Shown piece by piece: positions 9,955-21,584 of a DNA stretch of 32,000 nt (its first letter is position 1; each line of letters starts with the position of its first letter). The stretch covers positions 750,001 to 782,000 of the forward strand of contig NZ_CP046577.1 of NCBI RefSeq assembly GCF_013365435.1, written 5' to 3'. A program made the position numbers and the translations under genes. The notes beneath the pieces were generated by a model. The model was not told where the DNA came from. It worked only from the letters and a program-made list of their open reading frames with translations, and ran no database searches. This DNA is from Wolbachia endosymbiont of Litomosoides sigmodontis. GTDB taxonomy: Bacteria > Pseudomonadota > Alphaproteobacteria > Rickettsiales > Anaplasmataceae.

Positions 9955-10421
9955 TTCTAGCTCTTGATTAAGTATAAAAAACTACTTAAATAAACCTTAT
10001 TATCCATCTTGCCATGAGAAAGTGGAATTTTAGGTCTAAAAATTTATCTTTAATCTTTATTTTAAGTAAAAAAGCACAGTATTAGGCGTGTTATGTTTAA
10101 CTTTTCTTATATAGGTGCTTCATTTCTTTAATAAATTTTTATCTACATTAGCTGAATCATGCTTATTAAGAATGTAAAATGGAACCAAACACCAAGCTTT
10201 CGAGAGAACAGTAAATAACCCAATCGCAGATCCCCTTTATCTTTTCTTTAAAAAATTAGCTAAAAATTAACTAATCTTATTTTTTTATGAAAAATACTTG
10301 ATAAGCCTCTAAAGAGACATTAACCAGGGCTTCTTTTGCCTTTTTTCCGCCTAATAAATTTTTTGTAAACGTTTACAGAGACAAGAGATTTACAAACTGA
10401 TCGTAAAGGTTTAAAAACATG
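9955..10421. repeat. Unclassified dispersed repeat, copy B1 (inverted relative to copy B2 at 22551-23130); possible decayed MITE-like element
   Basis: By eye, 10003-10320 aligns collinearly with the reverse complement of about 22745-23065. Near-identical blocks include aaatttatctttaatcttta, aaatttttatctacattagctgaa, cttattaag, aactaat.ttatttttt and tacttgataa. Similarity is weaker towards both ends. There is no ORF. Outer boundaries are approximate. The right end abuts the IS630 relic at 10422. Confidence 0.6.
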
Positions 10422-11515
10422 TATTAATTCTCACTGTTAATATATTAATAAGTGATATTACAGAGTTGTTTAATTAATAGTAAATAAAGAGAGGTAATAA
10501 ACTTGTACAAAGCACTTTTAAGTATAATAATTGTATTATAGATTTTATTGCGCAAAATCTCTATTTTATATATAATTAAAGCTTCTCAATAGAATTGGGC
10601 TCAGGTGAATATGTGGTAGGTATATAACCTCGATATTTTTAGGTACCTTTAAATTTTTTAACTTATACTAATTAGTACAATTCATGATAAATAAGGCTTT
10701 TCGTGTTTTAAATATTGTAACATTTTTTTAAGAAATATATTCATATAATCAGTATTAACATTCAGTATCTCTAAGCTAGAACTCTCTACTTTTCTAGAAT
10801 TAAGTACACTTCATAGATAAAAACTTCACCTACCTAATTTTACTTTAACCTGTGTTCCAATACCTTTTTAAACCACCCGTATCTAACTTCTTAATATGTA
10901 CCAAAAACTGCAATTCATTAAAGAATGACAACTCTTGCTCAGAATACCCATCAATATCCCATTAAGTTTTTTTTAACTCTTCTTGTCTGCTTTATCTTGT
11001 TCATTATGAATTGATCTTAGCATAATATAAAGAAATTTCATTTTTGTACATTAAAGCATAATGTAGACTTGTTAACACTCGAGCAAAATTTTTCCTGTCA
11101 TTCCTATTCCCATTTCTTCAATGGTAATATTAAGGTTTCTTGTATCCATACTTTCAACTTATTCAAATTGACTCTGATCTAACCTAGTCTCTCTACGATG
11201 TTGAGGAGATGGAGCACAATTTCTCTTCCAAATCCTAGGTACTTTATCTATACAGTTAGTGCTGTTCTTGAAATGAAACATATTTTTGCCACGGCTGTTA
11301 TACAGTATTTCTTTGCTACAATTACAGTATTTAATTTTTTTTACAACATATGCATTATTTTACATTTACTTGAGCATTTCTTTTGCTGATTTCAAGATTT
11401 TTTCATCCAATAAATTTGATTTTAATGTCACTTAAACCTTGCCATTTTACTTACTTCAGTATGGCTTCTTTTCCATTATTATCTACCCGTATTCTTAATA
11501 CAGTGGTAATTGGTA
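10422..11515 (-). mobile_element. Decayed IS630/Tc1-mariner-family insertion sequence, near full-length copy 1 (transposase reading frame destroyed)
   Basis: About 1.09 kb. The ends are imperfect inverted repeats (tattaattctcactgt ... cagtggtaattggta) and sit at TA dinucleotides, as expected for IS630. Minus-strand translation gives a broken N-terminus, MEKKPY*SK..LKSNLLDEKILKSAKE. In the sister copies the helix-turn-helix region reads ENPNSTT..EKFGLNNQQVY. The C-terminal region reads YIPTTTLPKLNLSEG, which resembles the IS630 motif LPPYSPDLNPIE. Many stops are present. Four related copies lie in this window. Confidence 0.75.
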
Positions 11516-11552
11516 TTATTAATCAAACTTTTCAATCCATCACTGCCAAATT

Positions 11553-12239
11553 TTATAATCCAACCTTCACTACACTCACTTTCACGCAATATTGGTTGTC
11601 TTTAAAAAACAATCTAATGTTTTTTATTCCTTGATTACGAAGCTTTGATGCAGCTGATTTAGCAGCTTGAGCATTTTCAAAAAATGCAATATATCCCTTA
11701 CTTTCCACATTGTCTTGTTTTGGGTGAAGTTTCTCTATTTCTTTTTCACGCTGCTTTCTATAATGAGGAGTTTTTTGTATTAATTGCTCTGATATTTTTC
11801 TTAAATATTGCACTTTTACTTTTGCAAGCCCAGCCTTATGAATACCTAAAACTTTTGCTGCCTTTTCCGACAAGTCTATTATCCTACCTTTAACAAATGG
11901 CCCTCTGTCATTAACTCTTACAACAAGTTTTCTTCCATTTTCTAAGTTAGTAACAAGAACAAAGCATGGTAGAGGCAAAGTCTTATGCGCTGCAGAAATT
12001 AAATGACGGTTAAATATTTCACCATTCGCTGTAAGTGTGCCATGATCTTCTATTCCATACCACGATGCTACTCCTATTTCTTCATAATGGTTACAGTGTT
12101 TGGGATGATAAGTTATACCATTTATCGTATAACTATTACCAATTTTATAATGACCTGCAGTATCATTACACCTGTTGCAAAAATTGCAACTACTCATCAA
12201 AACAAATGTTAGACATAGAAGGGTTATTTTTTTTATCAT
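11553..12239 (-). CDS. rlpA: Septal ring lytic transglycosylase RlpA-family lipoprotein (DPBB domain plus C-terminal SPOR-like domain)
   Basis: 228 aa. Signal plus lipobox VLMSSC. The DPBB core reads GVASWYG..HGTLTANGEIFNRHLISAAHKTLPLPCFVLVTNLENGRKLVVRVNDRGPFVKGRIIDLSEKAAKVLG. The C-terminal YIAFFENAQAAKSAASKLRNQGI resembles a SPOR domain. The stop lies 37 nt from the IS630 relic end. Confidence 0.88.
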   Translation of the reverse strand: MIKKITLLCLTFVLMSSCNFCNRCNDTAGHYKIGNSYTINGITYHPKHCNHYEEIGVASWYGIEDHGTLTANGEIFNRHLISAAHKTLPLPCFVLVTNLENGRKLVVRVNDRGPFVKGRIIDLSEKAAKVLGIHKAGLAKVKVQYLRKISEQLIQKTPHYRKQREKEIEKLHPKQDNVESKGYIAFFENAQAAKSAASKLRNQGIKNIRLFFKDNQYCVKVSVVKVGL

Positions 12240-12326
12240 TGCATTTAGTGAAAGGGCTCGATACCATGAGGATTTTAAATTATACTATAATAAATTTAGT
12301 AATAAGTAAAAATCTACTGCTAAATA

Positions 12327-13751
12327 TGAATGGTGTCTAGAAAGGAATAATACATATAATTGGTATAGGTAAAATTGAAATAAGCGCAATCTCTGAAATT
12401 TCCTATAATTCCAATTACACAATTCAAGATAGTGATGCACAGTCAAGCAACAATGTAGTAGGTTACAGTTACATATCTTTCTGCCATCAAATCTGATAAT
12501 GTGAAGTTAATCGTAGCAAGGAATAACAATAAGGCTATTTTGCATAAATCAGAAATACTTGCTGAGATTATGAAAGATAAGTATGTGATAGCGATTCAGG
12601 TTTAAGTGGAAAGACAACAATTGCCATAATTGCTTCTACTTTTGATCATGCTGGTACTAATGCAACTGTAATTGTGGGAGGGATATTAAATTCGTATCAA
12701 AATAACTCAAGATTTGGCAAAAGTAACATTTTTTTAATTGAAGATGATGAAACTATGCTAAAAAGCCCTGCAAATATTGCTGTTATACAAGCATTAATAA
12801 TGCCTACATAGACCATTACGGAACATTTGATAATATCAAAAATGCATTTTCTCAATTTATAAATAGTGCAGATTTTGCAATTTTGCCTAATTCTGTAAGA
12901 ATTAGCGATAGCAAAAGTAGTTACGCAATATTTAAAGTTGATGATGCTTATCCCTTTATCATCCAATTCATCTTTGTCAATCCAGTGTATAACATTAAGA
13001 TCCAGAAAAAAAATTGGCGTACACCATGCAAAAGCAAGTAACATCAGGCAATATAATAACAGTATATAATTTGATGTGTTGATTATAATTATAGTATAGA
13101 CAGAAATCATGTGATCCCAGTATCTGCACTGGAATGGTAGCAATCTCTCCTTTATCTCCTGCTCAAATGACATCAGTGAGATTCAGAATTATAAAAAATA
13201 TAGTACTATTAAACGCAATAGAAATAAATAAGGCTAGTAACGTCAAACTGACGATATCAGTTTGCAATAAAGCCGTGAATCAACTATTTGAATATTAAAA
13301 AAGGCCTTTAAGATCTAAAGGAGTTGCGAGAAGATTTTTTTAGTTACCGATATTAAAGACATTAAGTTAATTGAAGATTATGCTCATCATTCAGTGAAAT
13401 ACAAGCAACTTTAACAACAGCAAGTTCAATCTCTAAAAGGGGAGATAATAGGCATTATCGAGCTGCTTCATTTTGCCCTTGTTCATAATTTTCTTATGAA
13501 TTTATATGAATTTTCATGATGTTTGACTATATAATTCTTGTTCTTATTCTCATCCTTTAGAAAAGGAACCTATTCCTGGTTGTAAGATTGATGATATATA
13601 AGAAGCTTTAATTGGCAATGGGTTTAATAACGTAAAGATTATGGATAATGCTTTGCCCATTTCAAATTTTATCAGTGATTCAATAAATTCAGGTAATATT
13701 GTACTATCTATTGCTGGTAATAACGCAGCTAGACTAACAGAGAAACTTTAA
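12327..13751 (+). pseudogene. murC: UDP-N-acetylmuramate--L-alanine ligase (MurC) pseudogene
   Basis: The ATG at 12327 is followed by a TAG at codon 5 (12339-12341). Recognisable MurC blocks lie in shifting frames: [17 protein letters not shown] (compare IHFIGIGGIGMSAIAE), [54 protein letters not shown], and C-terminal [11 protein letters not shown]...LTEKL*. Many internal stops. Total span is about 475 codons, as for intact MurC. Confidence 0.85.
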
Positions 13752-13778
13752 TGTTTATGTCAGAAGTGGAGGTTTAAT

Positions 13779-15048
<1,270 letters not shown>

Positions 15049-15071
<23 letters not shown>

Positions 15072-16040
15072 ATTATATTTAAAAGCGGGTGATGGTGCGA
15101 TGGTTATGTGAGTTTTCGTCGAAAAAAATTTGTTGAACTTGGTAGTCCAGATAGTGGTAATGGAGAAAAGAGCGGAAACACAATTTTTGTTAATAATGCA
15201 AATCTCACACTTTGCTTAATTTTCGCTATAGGAAAAATATTAAAGCAGGTAATGGAAAAAGTGGTGCGAGTAGAGATAGATTTAGCATAGCAGGGGAAAA
15301 TGCTGTGCTTAAAGTGCCAGTTTGCACACAAATGATCGATGGGGAGAAAGTGAGGAAATAATAGCAGCTTTTTATAAGTCTGATATGAAGTTTTTAATAG
15401 CGCAAGGTGGAAAAGGTGGACTTTAGGGAAAATGCTAATTTTAAGTCTTCTATTAATAGGGTACCCAAAGCGTTTTACTTATGGTCAGTCTGGTGAAGAA
15501 AAATGTGTATAGTATTAAAGCTCAAAGTTTCATCTGATGTTGGTATTATTAGTATGCTAAATGCAGGTAAATCTAAATTTTTAACTCGCTGTTCAAATGC
15601 AGATACAAAAAGTAAGAAACTATCCGTTTACCACCACCAAGCCTCATTTAGGAGTAACAAAAGCGGATAATAGCGAAATTATAATAGTAGATACTCCTGG
15701 AATAATTACTGATACTCACCTTGGAGGTGAACTTGTGCATAAATTTTAAAAATACGTAGATAAGGTGCAAAATTTTATTGCATTTGATTGATATAATTCA
15801 CGATTAATATCATTTCAGCTTATAATTGTACGCGCAATGCGCTAGAACTTTACAACAGTAATCTTGTTAAAAAAGAAGAAATTATAGTGTTAAACAAATG
15901 CGACTTGTTGAGGGAAGCAGCAATTCTTTTAAAAAAAGAATCACCTAGTCAATTATCTTAATGAAAGAGATGCTCTGCTTATCAATTAATGAAGATTCAC
16001 AGCTCATTCTAAGATTACTAAATGTAAAAAATTGAAAAGG
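15049..16040 (+). pseudogene. obg: GTPase Obg/CgtA pseudogene
   Basis: MNFIDEIKLYLKAGDG is followed by TGA at 15109-15111. The sequence then continues in another frame as SFRRKKFVELGSPDSGNGEKSGNTIFV (compare SFRREKF..GGPDGGDGGRGG). Later fragments are [37 protein letters not shown] and IIVLNKCDL. There are many stops and frame changes. The start overlaps the eno relic by about 23 nt. The 3' end is approximate. Confidence 0.85.
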
Positions 16041-16168
16041 GGATAACAGCCCTAAAAAAATTAAGGTATATTTTCTTTTAAAGAAATGAATTTCATCTAA
16101 ATAATTGATATTTTTATTTATTTTATCATATAACTAGAACATAGGCATATGACGTATAAGTTTAGCTA

Positions 16169-16661
16169 TACCAATTCTCATGTAGGCTAAATAAGTAACA
16201 TTGCAAAGTTGTTTAATTGCGGAGTGAGAAAGAGAAGTAATAAATTGCACAAAGCACTCTCAAGTATAACAATTGTATGTAATATTATATTTTTTTGTAC
16301 CTATATTTTAACTTATTCAAATTGACTCTGATTCAATCTAGTTTTTTTATGATATCGAGAAAGAGTGAACAATTTTACTTATCCTTTAAGTTTTAGTGTT
16401 TTATACATGCAGTTAGTGCTGTTCTTGAAATATAACTTACTTTTACTAAGACTTGTTATGCTTTTTTGCGCAATTACAGCACTTAGTTTTTTGCAACACA
16501 CACTATTTTGCACTTCCTTCAGTACTTCTTTTTCTAATTCCACAACTTTTTCATCCAATAATTTTGATTTCAATGCCATTTAGACTTCGCCATTTTATTT
16601 ACTTTAGCATGACTCCTTATTCCATTATTGTCCATCTGTTCCTTTACAATGGTAATTGGTA
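16169..16661 (-). mobile_element. Decayed IS630-family relic, copy 2 (both termini present, large internal deletion)
   Basis: The left terminus taccaattctcatgta and right terminus caatggtaattggta match copy 1. 16190-16290 matches the left of copy 1 (about 10450-10540). The alignment then jumps to acttattcaaattgactctgat, which is copy 1 at about 11157. It has the same orientation as copy 1. Confidence 0.7.
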
Positions 16662-16733
16662 TAAGATGTGATCTAGAGGACAAGAATTAAAACTGGCAGA
16701 GAAAAATTAGTGTACATACCTTTATCTTTCAGG

Positions 16734-17591
16734 TTATTTATCAAGTAAAAACATCAACTCGTCCCATTCTCTTTTACTAATATTACTTTCTTCTCTGGTA
16801 ACATTTTCTCCTTTAATTAATTTGCAAATTATTCCAAGGCCAGTTCTCGAAATGCAGGTTGATTCTAAACAGTATTCAATAAAGGCGCTATGCGCCAGTG
16901 GCACCCACTTCTTTACTATATCCAACATAACTTCTGTATAAACTCTAATTTCATATTGGGCATGCTTATCAGCTCTAAGCTTCAAAAAATGAAGAAGGTT
17001 ATGTAGGTCTATCTTCCAATAAAATTGCGTGTAATAATTAAGTGTTAAGTTAGTTCTAGCAATTTCTCTTGCAAGTCCTTGTTCAATAAATTTACCATAA
17101 TGAGAATACACTAAATTAGAGTCATTTGTTAGAGAATCTACTATTTCCTTTGAAACATCCAAATCAAAAGTTTCACCACTACCTTGTTTATTATTATCAG
17201 ATTGTTTTGCAATTTGTTCTGGTTTTGGTATATAAAACTCATGATCAAGTATTGAATACCTAGCAGAATATTCATTTACGTTTGCAGTCCTGTGCCTTAT
17301 CCATTGTCTTGCAACAAAAATTGGAAGTTTCACGTGAAACTTAATTTCACACATTTCAAATGGAGTTGTATGATGATGCCTCATTAAATACTTTATAAGC
17401 GACTCATCTTGATTTATTTGTTTTGTTCCTTTGCCATAAGAAACACGAGCAGCTTGCACTATGGCACTATCAGAGCCCATATAATCCACTACGCGAATAA
17501 ATCCATGATCTAGTACCCTATGTTCCTCATATAAAATATCATCTATTTCTTTTACCGTGATTCTCTTGGTCGAATAACGTTCTTCATTCAT
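16734..17591 (-). CDS. thyX: Flavin-dependent thymidylate synthase ThyX
   Basis: 285 aa. The ThyX signature [17 protein letters not shown] (RHR...S.RY) is present. Size and overall pattern fit. Confidence 0.93.
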   Translation of the reverse strand: MNEERYSTKRITVKEIDDILYEEHRVLDHGFIRVVDYMGSDSAIVQAARVSYGKGTKQINQDESLIKYLMRHHHTTPFEMCEIKFHVKLPIFVARQWIRHRTANVNEYSARYSILDHEFYIPKPEQIAKQSDNNKQGSGETFDLDVSKEIVDSLTNDSNLVYSHYGKFIEQGLAREIARTNLTLNYYTQFYWKIDLHNLLHFLKLRADKHAQYEIRVYTEVMLDIVKKWVPLAHSAFIEYCLESTCISRTGLGIICKLIKGENVTREESNISKREWDELMFLLDK

Positions 17592-17600
17592 AAGATACCC

Positions 17601-18878
17601 TTAAGATAAAATGGAGATATCAGCCCCGCATGAATTGAGTTTTTCGTGCATTGCTTCATATCCTCTCCATAAATGATGTGGATTACTTATTATGGTTTCT
17701 CCACTAGCTACTAAAGACGCAAGCACTAAAGCTGCAGTTGATCTTAAGTCAGTAGCATATAGATTAGCTCCAGATAAGCTTTGTACTCCATTCATAGTAG
17801 CTTTATTTTTTTTAATGCTAATATTAGCACCTAACTTTCTCAACTCATTTACATGTAAAAATCTATTTTCAAAAATGTTTTCTTCAATTATTGATACCCC
17901 ATCAGCAATGCACATTGTGGACATTAGTTGTGGTTGCATATCACTGGGGAAATTAGGGTATGGACCTGTTGCAACATTAATAGATTTAATAGAACCATTT
18001 TTTCTGGAAATGATAATACCTTCATCATATAATTCAACCATAGCCCCTATAGCTTTCAACTCATTTGCAATAGATCTGACGTCAGATAAATTGACTCCTT
18101 TTAACACCAGCTTACCATTAGTTATGATAGCAGCTAATGCATACGTACCTGCTTCTATTCTATCTGATATTATTTTGTGGACACATCCGTTTAATCTTTT
18201 CACTCCCGCTATTATAACTTTCGTATTATTAATTTCAATATTAGCTCCCATTTTCTTTAGAAACACTATTAAGTCAAGAACTTCTGGCTCAGTTGCAGCG
18301 TTATTTATTGTTGTTACTCCTTCTGCAAGTGTTGCTGCCATTATTATATTTTCTGTTGCGCCTACGCTTATTTTCTCAAATGTGATTTCTCTCCCTTGTA
18401 GCTTTCTTTTCACTGTTGCAATTATATTACAGCCATCAATTTCAACCTTAGCTCCCATTTCTTTTAACGCTTTAATATGCATATCAACTGGACGCTTCCC
18501 AATATTGCATCCACCAGGAAATGCCGTTTTCACTTTGCCAAATCTACTAAGCATTGGCCCCAACATTAGAAAAGAAGTCCTTAGTTTACTTGCAATTTTA
18601 TATTGCATTACGTGATTGATGATGTTACTGCAATCAGTTTCCAAAGTATGATTTGCTTTATGATCTCCGTTGTACATAAAACTTACTTTTGCTCCAAGAC
18701 TTTTAAGCAATTCAGACATTAAATGTACATCAATGAGGTCAGGCACATTATGTAGAATCACTGAAGAACTACTCAAGAGACTTGCTGCCATTATTGGCAA
18801 AATAGCATTCTTTGAACCATTAATCTTAATTTGTCCAATTAAGGGTTTATGGTTACTCCTTACTAATATTTTATGCAT
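17601..18878 (-). CDS. murA: UDP-N-acetylglucosamine 1-carboxyvinyltransferase MurA
   Basis: 425 aa. The N-terminus reads GQIKINGSKNAILPIMAASLL. The active-site loop FPGGCNIGKRPVDMHI retains the Cys. The MurA/EPSP-synthase fold pattern runs throughout. The gene ends 9 nt upstream of thyX. Confidence 0.95.
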   Translation of the reverse strand: MHKILVRSNHKPLIGQIKINGSKNAILPIMAASLLSSSSVILHNVPDLIDVHLMSELLKSLGAKVSFMYNGDHKANHTLETDCSNIINHVMQYKIASKLRTSFLMLGPMLSRFGKVKTAFPGGCNIGKRPVDMHIKALKEMGAKVEIDGCNIIATVKRKLQGREITFEKISVGATENIIMAATLAEGVTTINNAATEPEVLDLIVFLKKMGANIEINNTKVIIAGVKRLNGCVHKIISDRIEAGTYALAAIITNGKLVLKGVNLSDVRSIANELKAIGAMVELYDEGIIISRKNGSIKSINVATGPYPNFPSDMQPQLMSTMCIADGVSIIEENIFENRFLHVNELRKLGANISIKKNKATMNGVQSLSGANLYATDLRSTAALVLASLVASGETIISNPHHLWRGYEAMHEKLNSCGADISILS

Positions 18879-18974
18879 TCAACAAAACTAGATCTTACTG
18901 AATAATATAGTAAATCTACAGCAAAAAACAAATCATACAATAGTAAAATAACCTATGCTTTATGAAACATGAAA

Positions 18975-20243
18975 TTAATTACACTTTCCAAAAACAAGTG
19001 ATGCATTAGTGCCACCAAACCCAAACGAATTAGAAAGCACATATTGAATTTTATGCTCTTGAGCTTCAAGCGGTACAAAATTCAAATCACACCCATCTGA
19101 AGGTTTATGCAAATTTAAGGTTGGAGGAACAATTCCATTGTTCAACGCAAGAATGCTAAATATTGCTTCAACACTCCCTGCAGCACCAAGTAAATGTCCT
19201 ACAGAAGATTTAGTTGAAGAAACTGGTATTTTATAGGCATAGTCATCAAATAATTGTTTTATTGCTATTACTTCAATTTTATCTCCAAGAGGTGTTGAAG
19301 TTCCATGTGCATTGATATACCCAATTTGATTTGGGTTGATTTGTGCACTTTTTAAGGCAAGTTGCATTGCTTTTAATGCACCTCTTCCTTTTGAGTGTGG
19401 TGCGGTGATATGATATGCATCTCCTGTTAATCCGTATCCAGTAAGTTCTGCATATATTCTCGCACCTCTTTTTTTTGCATGCTCATATTCTTCTAGCACT
19501 AATATACCAGCTCCTTCGCCCATAACAAATCCATCACGTCCTTCATCCCATGGCCTTGAAGCTTCTTCAGGGTTATCATTAAATTTAGTTGATAATGCCT
19601 TCATAGATGCAAAACCTGCAATGCCAACTCTGCATAATGCACTTTCTGATCCACCTGCAATTATCACGTCTGCTTCACCAAGTTTTATAACTCTTGCTGA
19701 ATTTATAATTGCGTGTGCACCAGTTGCACATGCAGTTACCGCGGAATCATTTGGACCTGTGAATCCATATTTGATAGAAATATGTCCAGATACCAAATTT
19801 ATTAAGCTTGCAGGAACAAAAAATGGACTAACGCGTCTTGGCCCCTTTTCCTGCATAACAATTACATTTTCCTGAATTGATGGAAGACCACCTATGCCAG
19901 AGCCAATAACTACACCAACACGTTCTCGATTAGTGCTTTGATTTTCCAAAATTAGTGAATCTTCTACTGCCAGAATAGCAGCCGCAACACCGTAATGAAC
20001 AAAGAGATCTGTCCTTTTTAGGTCTCTCTCAGATATATAATTCAATGGGTTAAAATAATGCTCAACGCTATCATGTTGTAGGAGAACTTGTCCTGCAATT
20101 TTGCAGGTAAGGTCAGAAACATCGAATCTACTAATTTTTCTTATACCAGACTTGCTATTTATTAACTTAAGCCAAGTATTTTCAACATCTGCTGCCAGTG
20201 GAGTAATTAAACCAATACCAGTAACTACTACTCTTCTGCTCAT
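18975..20243 (-). CDS. fabF: 3-oxoacyl-ACP synthase II (FabF)
   Basis: 422 aa. Catalytic triad contexts are VTACATGAHAI, INAHGTSTPLGD and SSVGHLLGAAGSVEAI. The ATG overlaps the acpP TGA (ATGA at 20240-20243). Confidence 0.95.
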   Translation of the reverse strand: MSRRVVVTGIGLITPLAADVENTWLKLINSKSGIRKISRFDVSDLTCKIAGQVLLQHDSVEHYFNPLNYISERDLKRTDLFVHYGVAAAILAVEDSLILENQSTNRERVGVVIGSGIGGLPSIQENVIVMQEKGPRRVSPFFVPASLINLVSGHISIKYGFTGPNDSAVTACATGAHAIINSARVIKLGEADVIIAGGSESALCRVGIAGFASMKALSTKFNDNPEEASRPWDEGRDGFVMGEGAGILVLEEYEHAKKRGARIYAELTGYGLTGDAYHITAPHSKGRGALKAMQLALKSAQINPNQIGYINAHGTSTPLGDKIEVIAIKQLFDDYAYKIPVSSTKSSVGHLLGAAGSVEAIFSILALNNGIVPPTLNLHKPSDGCDLNFVPLEAQEHKIQYVLSNSFGFGGTNASLVFGKCN

Positions 20244-20515
20244 TTAATATCAATTATTGTTTTTTTGTTATTAATAAACTCAACTATTTGTTCCATAGTT
20301 TCCATTTTTTGTGCATCTTCATCAGGTATTTCTATTCCAAATTCTTCTTCTATTGCCATAATTATTTCAACTGCATCTAAACTATCCGCACCATGCTCTG
20401 AAAGCTTTGAGAAATTATTAAATTTCTCCACATCCTTACTAATATGCTCTAACACAATCTTTTTTACCTTCTCTTCTATGTCTTCTCTAGTACTCTTTGC
20501 TAGTTCACTATTCAT
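20240..20515 (-). CDS. acpP: Acyl carrier protein
   Basis: 91 aa. The phosphopantetheine site is GADSLDAVEIIMAIEEEFGIEIPDEDA. It lies immediately upstream of fabF. Confidence 0.93.
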   Translation of the reverse strand: MNSELAKSTREDIEEKVKKIVLEHISKDVEKFNNFSKLSEHGADSLDAVEIIMAIEEEFGIEIPDEDAQKMETMEQIVEFINNKKTIIDIK

Positions 20516-20666
20516 TTTTTACCAAAAAAAAACCTATCCTTTGATATTATAGAAAATTTTTATATTTGCAATACCTTTGTATGATTGATAAGCTATGAAC
20601 AGTTTCCTACTACTTCAGCTGAGGTATCCTTTAACGTCATATGCTGAGCAATTAACAAATTCAAAG

Positions 20667-21584
20667 ATGCTAGACAAAACAACAGAAAATTTATTTATTA
20701 CAGAAATAAATAAGTTTTTACCTAAAAATAGTCAAAATAAGCTTATATCAGCTGTACGTTATGCACTTTTTGCTCCTGCAAAGCACATACGTCCATTTTT
20801 AGTCGTAGCTTCATCACGAGTATTCAATGTTGAAGCTGAAAGGGTAATATCAATTGCTGTAGCAGTTGAATGTGTTCATACCTACTCTCTTATTCATGAT
20901 GACTTGCCATGTATGGACAATAGCGATACTCGCAGAGGCAAGTTAAGCTGTCATAAAAGATTTGATGAAGCAACAGCAGTGCTTGCAGGAGATGCACTCC
21001 TTACTTTAGCTTTTGAAATATTATCTTCGTTAAATGAGGATAGCGATAAGCGCTGTGAAATTATAAAAGTGCTCTCTCAGGCGATAGGAGCCAAGGGAAT
21101 GATAGGAGGACAAGTTTTAGATATTAAGACAGTGCCCCATGTCATTCAGCACCCTGACCACCTAAATCAAGAAAACTTAATTGTAAATGAACATATCAGA
21201 CAGCTATATAATAAGAGCATAACTCCTGAGCCATACACTGAGGTGACTCCAGATAGTAAAATAAAAGGAATTCATTTAATGAAAACCGCAAAACTATTTG
21301 CGGCTTCATGTGAAATAGGCGCTATAATAGGAAATGCTACAGATAAGCAACGTAGAGCGTTGTGTAATTATGGAGTAAATCTAGGGCTTATCTTTCAAGC
21401 TAAGGATGATATTAAAGATTACAAACAAGACGAAACGAATAATTTGATGTCTGTGCTTAGTAAAGGTGAAATAAAAAACTATATAAACAATCTCTTTAAA
21501 CAAGCTCTAGATAATCTGGGTAATCTTTCAGGAGATACTAATTATTTACATAATTTATTGAATCAAGTAAAAAAAGATGGCTAG
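20667..21584 (+). CDS. ispA: Polyprenyl (farnesyl/geranylgeranyl) diphosphate synthase, IspA-like, divergent
   Basis: The first Asp-rich motif is LIHDDLPCMDNSDTRRG and the second is FQAKDDIKDY. The track ORF begins at 20595. I prefer the ATG at 20667 (MLDKTTENLF...), because the distance to the conserved KHIRPFLV then matches E. coli IspA as I recall it. The start is uncertain. The stop overlaps the next gene by 8 nt. Confidence 0.85.
   Translation: MLDKTTENLFITEINKFLPKNSQNKLISAVRYALFAPAKHIRPFLVVASSRVFNVEAERVISIAVAVECVHTYSLIHDDLPCMDNSDTRRGKLSCHKRFDEATAVLAGDALLTLAFEILSSLNEDSDKRCEIIKVLSQAIGAKGMIGGQVLDIKTVPHVIQHPDHLNQENLIVNEHIRQLYNKSITPEPYTEVTPDSKIKGIHLMKTAKLFAASCEIGAIIGNATDKQRRALCNYGVNLGLIFQAKDDIKDYKQDETNNLMSVLSKGEIKNYINNLFKQALDNLGNLSGDTNYLHNLLNQVKKDG

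Noticed and set aside
11198-11634. 63-aa and 83-aa plus-strand ORFs next to rlpA
   Set aside because: They lie inside the IS630 relic or span its end, on the strand opposite the transposase remnants. The sequence is repeated in decayed form elsewhere without ORF conservation.
12697-13173. 158-aa minus-strand ORF (MSFEQEIKERLLPFQCRYWDHMISVY...)
   Set aside because: It lies antisense to the MurC relic, and the MurC homology runs through the same DNA on the plus strand. It has no start context or recognisable domains. The composition is typical of chance ORFs in AT-rich decayed sequence.
17692-18615. 307-aa plus-strand ORF inside murA
   Set aside because: It is entirely antisense to a well-supported murA reading frame. 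The product is low-complexity (Ile/Leu/Ser/Ala/Phe-rich) with no motifs. Long antisense ORFs are a known artefact of codon bias.
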